Assembly (NCBI GenBank): GCA_963801445.1
Contig: CAWDEW010000013.1
Span: forward strand, 117,866 to 181,865
Source: an uncultured Chloroflexia bacterium
GTDB lineage: Bacteria > Chloroflexota > Limnocylindria > Limnocylindrales > CSP1-4
Direction: 5' to 3'
Length of the DNA: 64,000 nucleotides
Shown here: positions 38,072 through 47,394 of the stretch, piece by piece
Numbering within the stretch: position 1 is the first letter of the stretch
Layout of the letters: every line of letters begins with the position of its first letter
Notes under the pieces: model-generated
The model's database searches: none
Seen by the model: only the letters and a program-made list of their open reading frames with translations
Told to the model about the DNA's origin: nothing
Position numbers and translations under genes: made by a program

Positions 38072-38537
38072 ACGTTCGCCTTGGTCGATCGCTCGAAGGG
38101 CTCGAGCGGCCCGGCGCCTGGGGCACGCCTGCCGCCGATCCGCGTTCTGCCTCCTGACCCATCGGGCCGCCGCATCGTGGCCGGACTCGCCGACTCGTCC
38201 GACTCGTCCGGGATGCCGACCCGAGCTGGCTCCAGGCGGGACGAGGCGAACGCCGGTCTCGGCTCGGCCGCTGGGCGCGAGGGCCGTCCCGGCGCGTTCG
38301 CGGCCCTGCTCGATGCGACCGCTGAGGAGGCCGAGATTGGACACGACGAACGGGGTGAGGTAGTTCGTCGCGACCTTGAGCGCGATGCCGGCGCTCATGT
38401 GCCCGGCGAGGATCACGTCGCCCTGGTTTGCGAGCGTCAGGAACGTGCCCACCACGCCGGCGATCGCGAGCGTTCGTCGGAGATGTGCCGGGTGGAGCAC
38501 GTGCGAGATCGCCGACCGGAGCCGGCTTGGAAGCGCA

Positions 38538-39755
38538 CTACGCGGTCGGCTCATCGACCCTGGCCGTGGCCTTCAGGTGGCGGCCTTCCATCCAGCGGCG
38601 GACCGACAGCAGCGCCGCGATCCCCTCGCCGGCCGCGCTACCGACCTGCTTGGTCGAGCCCGCGCGCACGTCCCCGGCCGCGAAGACGCCATCCATCGTC
38701 GTGCGATACCGGTCATCGGTGATGACGAACCCGGCCTGGTCGAGATCGAGCGTCCCGTGCAGGAACGCCGTATTGGGGTCGAGACCGACGAAGACGAACG
38801 CAGCCGCCGCTTCCAGGCGCAGCTCGCGACCGTTCGCCCGCTCGACCGCGACGACCGCTCCGAGCCTGTCGTCGCGACGCTCGAACTCCCGGATATCCAT
38901 GCCGGTGTGGACGGTGATCCGCGGATGAGAGCGGATGCGATCCTGGACGAGCTCGCTTGCGCGCAGCTCGCCGCGGGTGAGGACCGTGACATGCTCGGCG
39001 AGCGTCGCGAGGAACAGCAATTCCTCGAGCGCCGAGTTGCCGCCGCCGACGACGACGATCTCCTTCGCGCCCCGGTAGAAGGGACCGTCGCAGGTGGCGC
39101 AGTAGTGGACCCCGAGGCCGATCAGGCCATCCTCGCCGGGAATGCCGAGCCGCCGGTAGCGCGAGCCCGTGGCGACGATCAGGGCACTCGCGCCGTACGT
39201 GTCGCCCGCGGCGGTCGTGACCACGACGCAGTCGGGCTCGCGGACGACCCGGGCGATGTCCGCGGCGGTGACCATCTCGACGCCGTAACGCGTGGCATGA
39301 GCGACGAGCCGTTCGGCCAGCTCGGCGCCGCCGATCCCCTCGGGGAAGCCCGGGTAGTTGTCGATCCGGTCCGTCGCCCCGGCCTGTCCGCCGAGCGCGC
39401 CGCGCTCGAGGACGAGTGCGTCCAGGCCCTCCCTGGCCGCGTAGATCGCGGCCGACAGGCCGGCCGGCCCGCCGCCCAGGACGAGGATGTCGTAGATGGA
39501 CCGGCTCGCCCGGACCTGGAGACCGAGCCTGGCCGCGAGCTCCGCATTCGAGGGTTCGAGCAGGTACGAACCGTCCGGGAACACGATCGTCGGGATCGTG
39601 CGGCCACCGCGTTGGAGCTCCTCCACGAAGCGCCGACCGGCCTTGTCCGCGTCGATGTCGACCCAGGCGAAGGGGATCCGCTGCTCGGTCAGGAATGCCC
39701 TCGAGCGGTGGCAGTCGGGGCACCACGGCGCCCCGTAGACGGTGATCGCGCCCAT
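38538..39755 (-). CDS. Glutaredoxin-like domain fused to thioredoxin reductase
   Basis: The N-terminus ITVYGAPWCPDCHRSRAFL carries a CPxC glutaredoxin/NrdH-like motif. The body is TrxB-like with GGGPAG FAD motifs and a CATCDG redox centre. Confidence 0.8.
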   Translation of the reverse strand: MGAITVYGAPWCPDCHRSRAFLTEQRIPFAWVDIDADKAGRRFVEELQRGGRTIPTIVFPDGSYLLEPSNAELAARLGLQVRASRSIYDILVLGGGPAGLSAAIYAAREGLDALVLERGALGGQAGATDRIDNYPGFPEGIGGAELAERLVAHATRYGVEMVTAADIARVVREPDCVVVTTAAGDTYGASALIVATGSRYRRLGIPGEDGLIGLGVHYCATCDGPFYRGAKEIVVVGGGNSALEELLFLATLAEHVTVLTRGELRASELVQDRIRSHPRITVHTGMDIREFERRDDRLGAVVAVERANGRELRLEAAAAFVFVGLDPNTAFLHGTLDLDQAGFVITDDRYRTTMDGVFAAGDVRAGSTKQVGSAAGEGIAALLSVRRWMEGRHLKATARVDEPTA

Positions 39756-40049
39756 TGGATCTCTCTCTCTTCTCTTGAGCGGCGCACGCAAGTGAGTCGC
39801 GACGAGTGCCCACCGACATCCTGGTGCCTGGACCTGGGTCGCGTCTGTGCGCCGGATCACAGCCGCCCGGCTCGACGGGCCTTCCTGCCCACCGGATCGT
39901 GACTCCCGGACCTTCGACATCACATGTGCGCGTGAGATGTTCAGCGCATGGAGATCTTCCGCCCGCTGGCGCTGCCCGGCGGCCGCCCGTCGGCGCAGGC
40001 GCGGGACCCGTCGCGGCGGCACGATCCATTCCCGCAGGCGGTAGGAACG

Positions 40050-40499
40050 ATGCCCGACTACCTGGAAGCCACGGTCGACAAGTTCATCTTCAGGGTCGCG
40101 ACCGACCGCCTGTACGGCGCCGAGGGGGTCTGGGCCCTGGCGGACGGCAATCGGATCCGCATCGGCGTGACCGACTTCCTGCAGCAGCGCAGCGGGGATG
40201 TCGCCTTCGCGGAGGTGAAGCCGGCAGGCACGGCGGTCGTGGTCGGCGGCGAAGTCGCCGCGATCGAGACCATCAAGGCCAATGTGGAGGTGCCGTCGCC
40301 CGTCGCCGGTGGGATCGCCGACGTGAACCCGGCGCTGAAGCTCTCCCCCGAGGTCATCAACCAGGATCCGTATGGCCAGGGGTGGCTCGCCGTCATCGAA
40401 GCCTCCGACTGGCCGAAGGATCGGGACGTGCTGCTCGACCCGCAGGCCTACCTCGAGCTGATGAAGGGCCAGGCCGAAGAGGAAGCGAAGAAGCCATGA
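40050..40499 (+). CDS. Glycine-cleavage H-protein-like lipoyl-carrier protein
   Basis: GcvH fold, with VAAIETIKANVEVPSPVAGGIADVN aligning to the IESVKAASD lipoyl-lysine motif and QDPYGQGWLAVIE at the C-terminus. GTAGGAA ribosome-binding site. Confidence 0.75.
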   Translation: MPDYLEATVDKFIFRVATDRLYGAEGVWALADGNRIRIGVTDFLQQRSGDVAFAEVKPAGTAVVVGGEVAAIETIKANVEVPSPVAGGIADVNPALKLSPEVINQDPYGQGWLAVIEASDWPKDRDVLLDPQAYLELMKGQAEEEAKKP

Positions 40500-40924
40500 G
40501 CGTCGAGGAGCGCCAGGTCCTGGTCGTGCCCTGCAGCGGCATCGGCAAGACGTACGGGACGGTCAGCCGCGAGGCCGCCTACGAGGTCACCGAAGACCGG
40601 CGACCGGGGGTCACGGGGCTCGTGGCCCTGTCCCTCCTCGTCCTCGGTGACCGGGACGCCCGTGCCGCAGTCCGAGCACGTCCGGCCGTGACGATCGACG
40701 GGTGCAAGCTCGCCTGCGCGGCCAGGATGGTGACGGAGAGCGGAGGGCATGTCGCCCAGGGCATCGCGGTGCTCGACGTGTACCGGCGCAACCGGGAGCT
40801 CAAGCCGCAGGGCATCGCCGAGCTGAACGAGGGCGGCCAACGGCTCGCCCATGCGGTGGCCGAGGAGGTCGCCATCATCGTCGACGAGCTGGTGGTCGTC
40901 CGGGAGACGCCCGACCATGCCTGA
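40496..40924 (+). CDS. DGC-domain protein (putative zinc-binding; PF08859-like)
   Basis: VVPCSGIGKTYG...TIDGCKLACAA gives the conserved DGC motif and Cys pattern. ATGA overlap with the GcvH-like gene. Confidence 0.7.
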   Translation: MSVEERQVLVVPCSGIGKTYGTVSREAAYEVTEDRRPGVTGLVALSLLVLGDRDARAAVRARPAVTIDGCKLACAARMVTESGGHVAQGIAVLDVYRRNRELKPQGIAELNEGGQRLAHAVAEEVAIIVDELVVVRETPDHA

Positions 40925-41687
40925 GCTGCCCCAGCGGAAGGTCGGGATCGTCGCCTGCTCCGGCGAAGAGCTGGCCGAAGGGACCGTGACCCGCCTGGCC
41001 GCCCTGCGAGTCCTCGAGCAGCGACGCCCCGGCCAGACGGTGACCATCTGCCTGCCGCTCTTCCTGGCCGGTGGAGAAGGCGACCGCGCGTTTGCCCGCT
41101 TCTATCCGACGATCGCGGTCGATGGGTGCGCCACGCGGTGCGCCGCGCGGGCGACGGAGCAGCTCTCGGGCAAGCCCGCCGCGAGCGTCGTGGTGAGCGA
41201 GCTGGTCCGCGAGGCGGGGCTGGCCCTACCGGAGGGCGCGCGGCGCCTCGACGAGCACGGCCGGCAGGCCGTCGAGCTGACCGCCGACCGGGTGGTACGC
41301 CTCGTCGATGAGCTGCTCGGCGGGCAATGGAGTCGACGGAGCGGATCCTTCGTCGAGCCCGACCCGGCGCTGCCGGCCGCGCAAGCGGCGCCCGCCGGGC
41401 AAGCCCCGCCGGCGGGCGATGCGATCCAGGCAGCCTGTGCCTGCGCGTCGGCCATCCCGTGCCAGGACCTGGACGTCGCCGGCCGAACGGTGTCGCTGGT
41501 GGCGTTGCCGCTGATCCTCGAGCAGCTCCACGCCGCGGGCAGGGTGCCCGGGCCCGAGGTGACGCACGAGCTGCTCGCGATCGTCAGGATCTACAACGAC
41601 ATGCCGGCCGGGACCGACGAGGAGTACGGGGCAGCCCTGGCGCGCGAGTACGCCGCCTTCTGCGCCCAGGAGCGGGCCCGGACATGA
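40917..41687 (+). CDS. DGC-domain protein, second copy, with a C-terminal extension
   Basis: VACSGEELAEGTV...IAVDGCATRCAA. Overlaps the upstream DGC gene by 8 nt and the downstream OsmC-like gene by 4 nt. Confidence 0.65.
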   Translation: MPELPQRKVGIVACSGEELAEGTVTRLAALRVLEQRRPGQTVTICLPLFLAGGEGDRAFARFYPTIAVDGCATRCAARATEQLSGKPAASVVVSELVREAGLALPEGARRLDEHGRQAVELTADRVVRLVDELLGGQWSRRSGSFVEPDPALPAAQAAPAGQAPPAGDAIQAACACASAIPCQDLDVAGRTVSLVALPLILEQLHAAGRVPGPEVTHELLAIVRIYNDMPAGTDEEYGAALAREYAAFCAQERART

Positions 41688-42136
41688 GCCGCACCGCGAC
41701 GTATCACACGACGGTCACGTGGACGGGCGAGCACCGGGGGCAGATCGCGATGGGCAACGGCCCGCAGATGGCCTTCTCGGCCCCGCCGGACGCGCAGGGA
41801 CATCCCGGCGTGCTGACCCCCGAGGACGCCTTCGTCGCAGCGGCGAACACCTGCGTGATGATGATGTTCATCTGGGCGGCCGAGCGCTTCAAGCTCGACC
41901 TGGAGTCGTACGACTGTCGCGCCGAGGGAACCAAGCTCATCGAGCTCGACCGGACGGAGACCTTCACCCACCTGCGGCTGTGGCCGCGGATCCGCATCCG
42001 CGCGGGACTCGAGCGACCGGCCCTGGTCGAGGCTCGAGCACGCCGGGCCCTGCGATCGGCCCAGAAGTACAGCCTGGTGGCCAACTCGGTGAAGTCCGAG
42101 ATCGTCGTCGAGCCGACGCTCGAGATCGTTCCCTGA
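41684..42136 (+). CDS. OsmC/Ohr-family (peroxiredoxin-like) protein
   Basis: OsmC fold with the conserved first Cys in AAANTCVMMMF. The second canonical Cys was not found. Confidence 0.75.
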   Translation: MSRTATYHTTVTWTGEHRGQIAMGNGPQMAFSAPPDAQGHPGVLTPEDAFVAAANTCVMMMFIWAAERFKLDLESYDCRAEGTKLIELDRTETFTHLRLWPRIRIRAGLERPALVEARARRALRSAQKYSLVANSVKSEIVVEPTLEIVP

Positions 42137-42164
42137 TCAACGAACACGCTCCAGGGAGGCCCAG

Positions 42165-42491
42165 ATGCAGACGCAGCTGCCAGTGCTCGACCTTCGAATG
42201 AACCTCGCGGCCCCGGACGTCCACGATGCCGCCTCAGCGGCGGCGATCCTCGCCGATCCGATCCGGGCGAGCGTCATGCGCATGCTCCGCGACGGTCCCG
42301 TCTGCGTGTGCGAGATGGCGGCTGCGCTCGGCTCGCGCGAGAACAACGTCAGCAACCACCTCGCGAAGCTCCGCGACGCGGGCCTCGTGCGGGCCGCGCG
42401 ATACGAGGCCGACACCCGACGGGTCTACTACGAGCGCGACGAGGCCGCCTGCCGGGTTGCGCTCCAGGGGCTCGGGGAGATCCTCGGATGA
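42165..42491 (+). CDS. ArsR/SmtB-family transcriptional regulator
   Basis: LADPIRASVMRMLRDGPVCVCEMAAALGSRENNVSNHLAKLRDAGLV matches the ArsR HTH with a Cys pair. Confidence 0.8.
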   Translation: MQTQLPVLDLRMNLAAPDVHDAASAAAILADPIRASVMRMLRDGPVCVCEMAAALGSRENNVSNHLAKLRDAGLVRAARYEADTRRVYYERDEAACRVALQGLGEILG

Positions 42492-42557
42492 CAGGGCTCG
42501 CGCTGCGGCGGGCAGATCGCCACCACTCCACGTCCAGCTGAGCGAAAGGAGCTCACG

Positions 42558-42794
42558 GTGAAGACGATCGAGGTCCTCGGACCTGGCTGCGCCAACTGCA
42601 TCAACCTCGAGAAGAACGCTCGCGAGGCCGTCGCCATGGCCGGCGTCGAGGCCCAGGTGGTGCACGTCACCGATCCGATCGAGATCAGGGCCCACGGGAT
42701 CCTGAGCACGCCCGGGCTCGTCATCGACGGCCAGGTCGTCAGCGCAGGCCGGATCCCGTCGGCCGGCGACATCGCAGCCTGGCTCAGCGAGTAG
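42558..42794 (+). CDS. Small thioredoxin-fold redox-active protein (redox-active disulfide protein 2-like, CxxC)
   Basis: 78 aa with GPGCANC near the N-terminus. This family is often found beside ArsR regulators. Confidence 0.7.
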   Translation: MKTIEVLGPGCANCINLEKNAREAVAMAGVEAQVVHVTDPIEIRAHGILSTPGLVIDGQVVSAGRIPSAGDIAAWLSE

Positions 42795-42837
42795 GAGCGC
42801 CCGGCGGAGGAGGGCGGCTCGGAAGCGACTGCCGCCG

Positions 42838-43734
42838 TCACGCGTGGCTCCGCTCTTCGAGCCGCTGGCGATCGACCGTCTCGAGCTGGAAGGTCGAGTG
42901 CTCGATGTCGAAGTCGTCGGACAGGCAGGAGCACAGCGCGTCGAGCGTCGCCGCGGCGTCGGCCACCTCGGCAAGGGTGACGTGGGCGGACAGCACGTTC
43001 ATCCCGGACGTGATCGTCCAGGCGTGGAGGTCGTGGCAGTCGACGACGCCGGGGGCGTCAAGGATGTGGGCACGCACGTGATCCATGTCGATCCCCCTGG
43101 GGGTCGCTTCGAGGAGCACGTCGGTCGCATCGCGGAGCAGGGCGAAGGTGCGGGGCAGGATGAGCAGGCCGATCAGCGCCGAGGCCACGGCGTCCGCGGT
43201 CGTCCAGCCCGCCAGGGCGATCACGAGCGCAGCGACGATCACTGCGGCCGACCCGGCGAGGTCGCCCATGACCTCGAGATAGGCCCCCCGCATGTTCAGG
43301 CTCTCGCGCTGGGCGTCGCGCAGGAGGAACAGCGACGCGGCGTTGGCGGCGAGGCCGACGAGGGCCACCGCGAGCATCAACCCGGACGCGATCTCGGGCG
43401 GCTCCGACAGTCGTCGCCAGGCCCCGTACAGGATGAACGCCGCAAGCCCGAAGAGGAGGAAGGCGTTCGTCACCGCCGCGAGGATCTCCACGCGGAGGTA
43501 GCCAAAGGTGCGCCCGTTCGTCGGGCTCCGCCCGGCGAACCAGATCGCCACGAGGGCCATCCCGACACCGGCCACGTCGGTGAGCACGTGCCCGGCGTCG
43601 GCGAGCAGCGCGAGGCTGTTCGCCGCAATCCCGCCGACGACTTCGACGACAAGGATCACGAGGGAGAGGGCCAGGACGGCGATGAGCCGACCCCGGTGAG
43701 CCGCGGCGGCCGAGCCGTGCGCGTGGGCCATCAC
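42838..43734 (-). CDS. czcD: Cation-diffusion-facilitator metal efflux transporter (CzcD/ZitB-like)
   Basis: Six TM helices with His/Asp sites (HVLTD...DLAGS) and a C-terminal cytoplasmic domain. Overlaps the upstream ArsR/SmtB gene. Confidence 0.85.
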   Translation of the reverse strand: MMAHAHGSAAAAHRGRLIAVLALSLVILVVEVVGGIAANSLALLADAGHVLTDVAGVGMALVAIWFAGRSPTNGRTFGYLRVEILAAVTNAFLLFGLAAFILYGAWRRLSEPPEIASGLMLAVALVGLAANAASLFLLRDAQRESLNMRGAYLEVMGDLAGSAAVIVAALVIALAGWTTADAVASALIGLLILPRTFALLRDATDVLLEATPRGIDMDHVRAHILDAPGVVDCHDLHAWTITSGMNVLSAHVTLAEVADAAATLDALCSCLSDDFDIEHSTFQLETVDRQRLEERSHA

Positions 43735-44117
43735 CCGACCTCGGAGACATGCGTCGCTGCGCCCAGGACAAGATCGCGGAGGTGGTCGTCGACCAGCCGG
43801 TAGTAGGCGATTCGACCGGCCTTGCGCCGATCGACCGCGCCGCGCTCGCGCAAGAAGCGGAGCTGGTGCGACAGGGCGGACACGCTCATCCCCAGCACGA
43901 GTGCGATGTCACAGACGCACAGCTCCTGCTCGGTGATCGCCAGGAGGTGGACGATCCTCGCCCGCGAGGGATCGGCGAGGGTCGCGAACAGCTCGCCGAC
44001 GGCTCGGGCCCCCTCGCTCCCGAGAGATCGTCCGAGGAGCGGCCGGATCGCCTCGGGGTGGAGACAGTCGACGGAGCAGGTGTCGCCGTCGATCTCGGAG
44101 GCAAATACTTGAGCCAC
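43731..44117 (-). CDS. ArsR/SmtB-family metalloregulator (CzrA-like)
   Basis: ELCVCDIALVLGMSVSALSHQLRFLRERG. Co-oriented with and overlapping the CDF gene. Confidence 0.8.
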   Translation of the reverse strand: MAQVFASEIDGDTCSVDCLHPEAIRPLLGRSLGSEGARAVGELFATLADPSRARIVHLLAITEQELCVCDIALVLGMSVSALSHQLRFLRERGAVDRRKAGRIAYYRLVDDHLRDLVLGAATHVSEVG

Positions 44118-44484
44118 GGTTCAAGTGTACGTCCGCGACACCGCGGGCGGCGCGGCCACGCGCTCGGCTCGTCCTTGCCATGGCGTACCCAAGACGGAAA
44201 GGGCAATCCGGGCCTGTCACGCTCGCGCATGTAGGCTGAAGGGCCGCCGAGGTGGCTGCCGACGACCCCTCGGGTCGATGTCCTGAGCGCTCCAGCGATC
44301 AGCTTCGTCGGGGAAGACGAGGGGCCATGAGTCGCCAACCTCGCGATCGACCGGTTCAGCACAGGAACCGGCGCCGGCCGTTCTCCGTAGAGACGGTCAT
44401 GAGAGCGCTCGTCACCTGCCTGGCGACGGTCGTCAGCGGGCCCGTGATCGACACGCCCCTCCACCGGGCGCCGTCCAGGCCACG

Positions 44485-45843
44485 ATGACCGAGCCCGCGG
44501 GCTTTCGCGCGAGGCTGGACGCCGAGGGGCGTGGCCGCCGCCGCGCCAGGGCGCTCGCCGCCGTGCTGGTCGTCGCGTTCCTCGGCCTCGCCGTCGCCAA
44601 GCCATGGGGCGCCTCGGTCACACCCGCACCCGGGCCCGCAGTCGGGCCGACCCAGGGCGCCGTTCCGCCCACTGCGGCTCCGCCGGCCGTGACCCCAGCT
44701 GAGCTGCTCCCCTCCGCGTTCGTGACGCCCGAGCCTCCGCCCCCGATGGCCGCCTGGGCCAGCATCCGCTGGACCCAGCTTGCGCCGGACGACCCGCTGG
44801 CCCGCGTCAGGTCGGTGACGCGCTGGCGGGGCGGCTTCGTCGCGCTGGGCCTGGAGGCCTCGGGAGCGACGCCGATCTGGACGTCGGCGGACGGGGCGCA
44901 CTGGCAGGCGCTGCCCTTCAACACTGCCGGGACGTTCTGGCCGGGCCTGCGGGTCCTCCAGGTGGTCGAGGTGCCCAGGGGCCTCGTGGCCGTCACGGAA
45001 CGCCTGGCCGACAACTGTGGTGGCGAGCCCTGCTTCGGGCCGTTCACGCCGCTCGTCACCATGTGGACGTCGCCCGACGCACGGACATGGTCGCCCCAAC
45101 CGTTCCCTCCCCTCGGGCCGCCCGAGGCGCCAGGCGCTGCGCCGCTCATCGCGGCCGGCCGGGCGGGATTGCTCGTCGTGTCGAGCGGAGCGCCGGCCCA
45201 CGCGGCGACGTCACCCGACGGCGTCCACTGGACCGTCCTTCCCGACGGCATCATCCGGAAGGACTTCTGGGTGGTCGCGCTCGCGAGCACGGCGCTGGGT
45301 TACGTGCTGGGCGGCGCGGTCGAGCCGGACACCACCAATGGCGACGCGGCGACCCTCTGGTCGGCGGACGGGACGGCCTGGGCGGCATCCCCGGCCCTGC
45401 CGACGGCCGCTGGCTCAGGCGCCACGCTCGTGAGCACGGGCGAGCTGTCGGTCGTCACGTCGTTCGTCGCCGGCCGCGATGGGCTCATCGCGCTCGGCGA
45501 CTGGTCGTCGACGCCGAGCATCGCGGTCTGGTGGCAGTCATCGGATGGACGAACCTGGCAGGTCCTGACCGGATATCCACCCCTCGGGCCGACCACCTGC
45601 ACCGGGGAGGGCTGCGGCGGCCAGCCCAACGGCGCGCTCGTCGGGGATGGACGCCGGATGGTCGCCCTCCGGGGCGGCCGTGACGCCGGCGCCTGGACGT
45701 CCGTCGACGGGCGTGCCTGGAAGCGTCTCCCGGCCGCCGGGGACCTGCCCAGCGAGCAGGCCACGAATGCAGTCCTGCTGCCGGGCGGACTGCTCGTCTC
45801 CGATGGGACGACGACCTGGTTCGGCGAGGCCCTCGTGAGGTGA
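44485..45843 (+). CDS. Membrane-anchored BNR/Asp-box repeat (beta-propeller) protein, paralog 1
   Basis: N-terminal signal anchor. At least five SxDGxxW Asp-box motifs (WTSADGAHW, TSPDGVHW, WSADGTAW, WQSSDGRTW, WTSVDGRAW). Confidence 0.6.
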   Translation: MTEPAGFRARLDAEGRGRRRARALAAVLVVAFLGLAVAKPWGASVTPAPGPAVGPTQGAVPPTAAPPAVTPAELLPSAFVTPEPPPPMAAWASIRWTQLAPDDPLARVRSVTRWRGGFVALGLEASGATPIWTSADGAHWQALPFNTAGTFWPGLRVLQVVEVPRGLVAVTERLADNCGGEPCFGPFTPLVTMWTSPDARTWSPQPFPPLGPPEAPGAAPLIAAGRAGLLVVSSGAPAHAATSPDGVHWTVLPDGIIRKDFWVVALASTALGYVLGGAVEPDTTNGDAATLWSADGTAWAASPALPTAAGSGATLVSTGELSVVTSFVAGRDGLIALGDWSSTPSIAVWWQSSDGRTWQVLTGYPPLGPTTCTGEGCGGQPNGALVGDGRRMVALRGGRDAGAWTSVDGRAWKRLPAAGDLPSEQATNAVLLPGGLLVSDGTTTWFGEALVR

Positions 45844-45896
45844 CAGGTCGTGATCGTCGGCGCCCCAGCGCCCCGCGGGGCACCGCCTGAGCCGCG

Positions 45897-47303
45897 ATGC
45901 CCGAGCCAACGTCCTTCCGCGGCAGGCTGGACGCCGACGGGCGCGGACGTCGACGCGTCACGGCGCTCGTCGCCCTGCTGGTCGTCGCGTTCGTGGGCAT
46001 CGCCATCGCGAAGCCGTGGGCCGCGGCTGCCCCGGTCCCGCTGGCTCTCGGGCCGTCCCTCACTGCGACCCCGAACGGGACTGCAGGCCCAGGCCCATCG
46101 CCGGCGGCCACGCCGTCCGCCCCGATCCTGCCGACAGCGACTCCTGGCAAGCCGCTCCCGGACGCGTTCACCACGCCCGTGCCTCCACCCGCGACCGCGC
46201 CGTGGACGAGCATCCGATGGCGCCGGCTTGCCCAGGATGACCCGCTGACGCTCGTCCGGTCGATGCTGCGCTGGCGGGGCGGGTTCATCGCGATCGGCGG
46301 GGACTCATTGGGAGCCGTGGCAACGCCCCCGGTCTGGACCTCGATGTGGACCTCGACCGATGGAGCGCACTGGGAGCCGCTGCCCGTGGGAACCAGCACG
46401 ACCTTCTGGCCGGGCCTGGGCGTTCTCGGCGTCGCCGAGGTGCCCGCGGGCCTCGTGGCGCTCACGGGCTTCGGTGCCCGGGGCGGCTGCGGCACGACGC
46501 CCCCCTGCCCTGCAACCGTCATCTCGTGGACATCCAGCGAGGGTCGAGCCTGGACGCCCCATGGCTTCTCTCCCCTCGGGCCGTCATCACCGACGGGTGC
46601 CGAGCCCCTGCTCGCGATCGGCCCGGCAGGGCTGCTCGTCGTGTCGGCCGGCTCGCCCGCCCACGCGGCCACGTCCGCCGACGGAGACGCCTGGCAGATC
46701 CTGCCGGACAGCACGATCCCGACGGACTTCCTGGTGGCCGACGCTCGGGGCACGGCCACCGGGTATGTGCTGGGTGGCGCGCGGATGTCGAGTGCCACGC
46801 ACGGGGACGCGGCCGTGCTGTGGTCGCCGACCGGGCGGGCCTGGACGGCGGCCGGAATCCTGCCCTCCCTGCCCAACCTGAACAGGGCGTCTCCACCCAG
46901 CACCCAGACGTCGACGGTCGACTCGTTCCTGATCGGCAGTGACGGGCTGATCGCGCTCGGCCGGTGGATCGCGACGCCGGGCGCCGCCATCTGGTGGCAT
47001 TCGCCCGACGGGCGAGATTGGCGAACGCTCGACGGGTACGTGCCCCTGGGGCCTGGGCCCGCGAACGAGATCGCCGGCGGGGGACCGTATGGAACCCTCG
47101 TGGGGGATGGCCACCGCATGGTCGCCCTGCGGGGTGGCCGCGACGCCGGTGCCTGGACCTCTCCCGACGGCCTCGCCTGGACTCGCCTGCCGGTGACCGG
47201 CGACCTGCCGGCAGAGCAGGCCACGGACGCGGTGCTCCTGCCGGGCGGCGTGCTCCTGACCGACGGGACGACGACGTGGTTCGGCGAGGCAGGAGTGAGC
47301 TGA
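45897..47303 (+). CDS. Membrane-anchored BNR/Asp-box repeat (beta-propeller) protein, paralog 2 (tandem duplicate)
   Basis: Collinear with paralog 1 at roughly 55-60% identity by eye, with the same Asp-box spacing and the C-terminal LLPGG(L/V)L(V/L)(S/T)DGTTTWFGEA motif. Confidence 0.6.
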   Translation: MPEPTSFRGRLDADGRGRRRVTALVALLVVAFVGIAIAKPWAAAAPVPLALGPSLTATPNGTAGPGPSPAATPSAPILPTATPGKPLPDAFTTPVPPPATAPWTSIRWRRLAQDDPLTLVRSMLRWRGGFIAIGGDSLGAVATPPVWTSMWTSTDGAHWEPLPVGTSTTFWPGLGVLGVAEVPAGLVALTGFGARGGCGTTPPCPATVISWTSSEGRAWTPHGFSPLGPSSPTGAEPLLAIGPAGLLVVSAGSPAHAATSADGDAWQILPDSTIPTDFLVADARGTATGYVLGGARMSSATHGDAAVLWSPTGRAWTAAGILPSLPNLNRASPPSTQTSTVDSFLIGSDGLIALGRWIATPGAAIWWHSPDGRDWRTLDGYVPLGPGPANEIAGGGPYGTLVGDGHRMVALRGGRDAGAWTSPDGLAWTRLPVTGDLPAEQATDAVLLPGGVLLTDGTTTWFGEAGVS

Positions 47304-47394
47304 AGGCCAGGTCTTCGACCGTGCCGGATTCCTGGTCCCCCGCCTCGCTACAGTTCGTCCCGGGCCCGGGAATGGCTACGCGAGGCGAGGCGAG

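Noticed and set aside
37367-38554. 395-aa minus-strand ORF with a hydrophobic, membrane-protein-like N-terminus
   Set aside because: The frame runs antisense through the entire Crp/Fnr gene with Arg/Gly-rich content. Only the first ~90 codons (about 38290-38554, in the Crp-TrxR gap) look protein-like. No stop ends them there, so a real small membrane protein cannot be delimited without resequencing.
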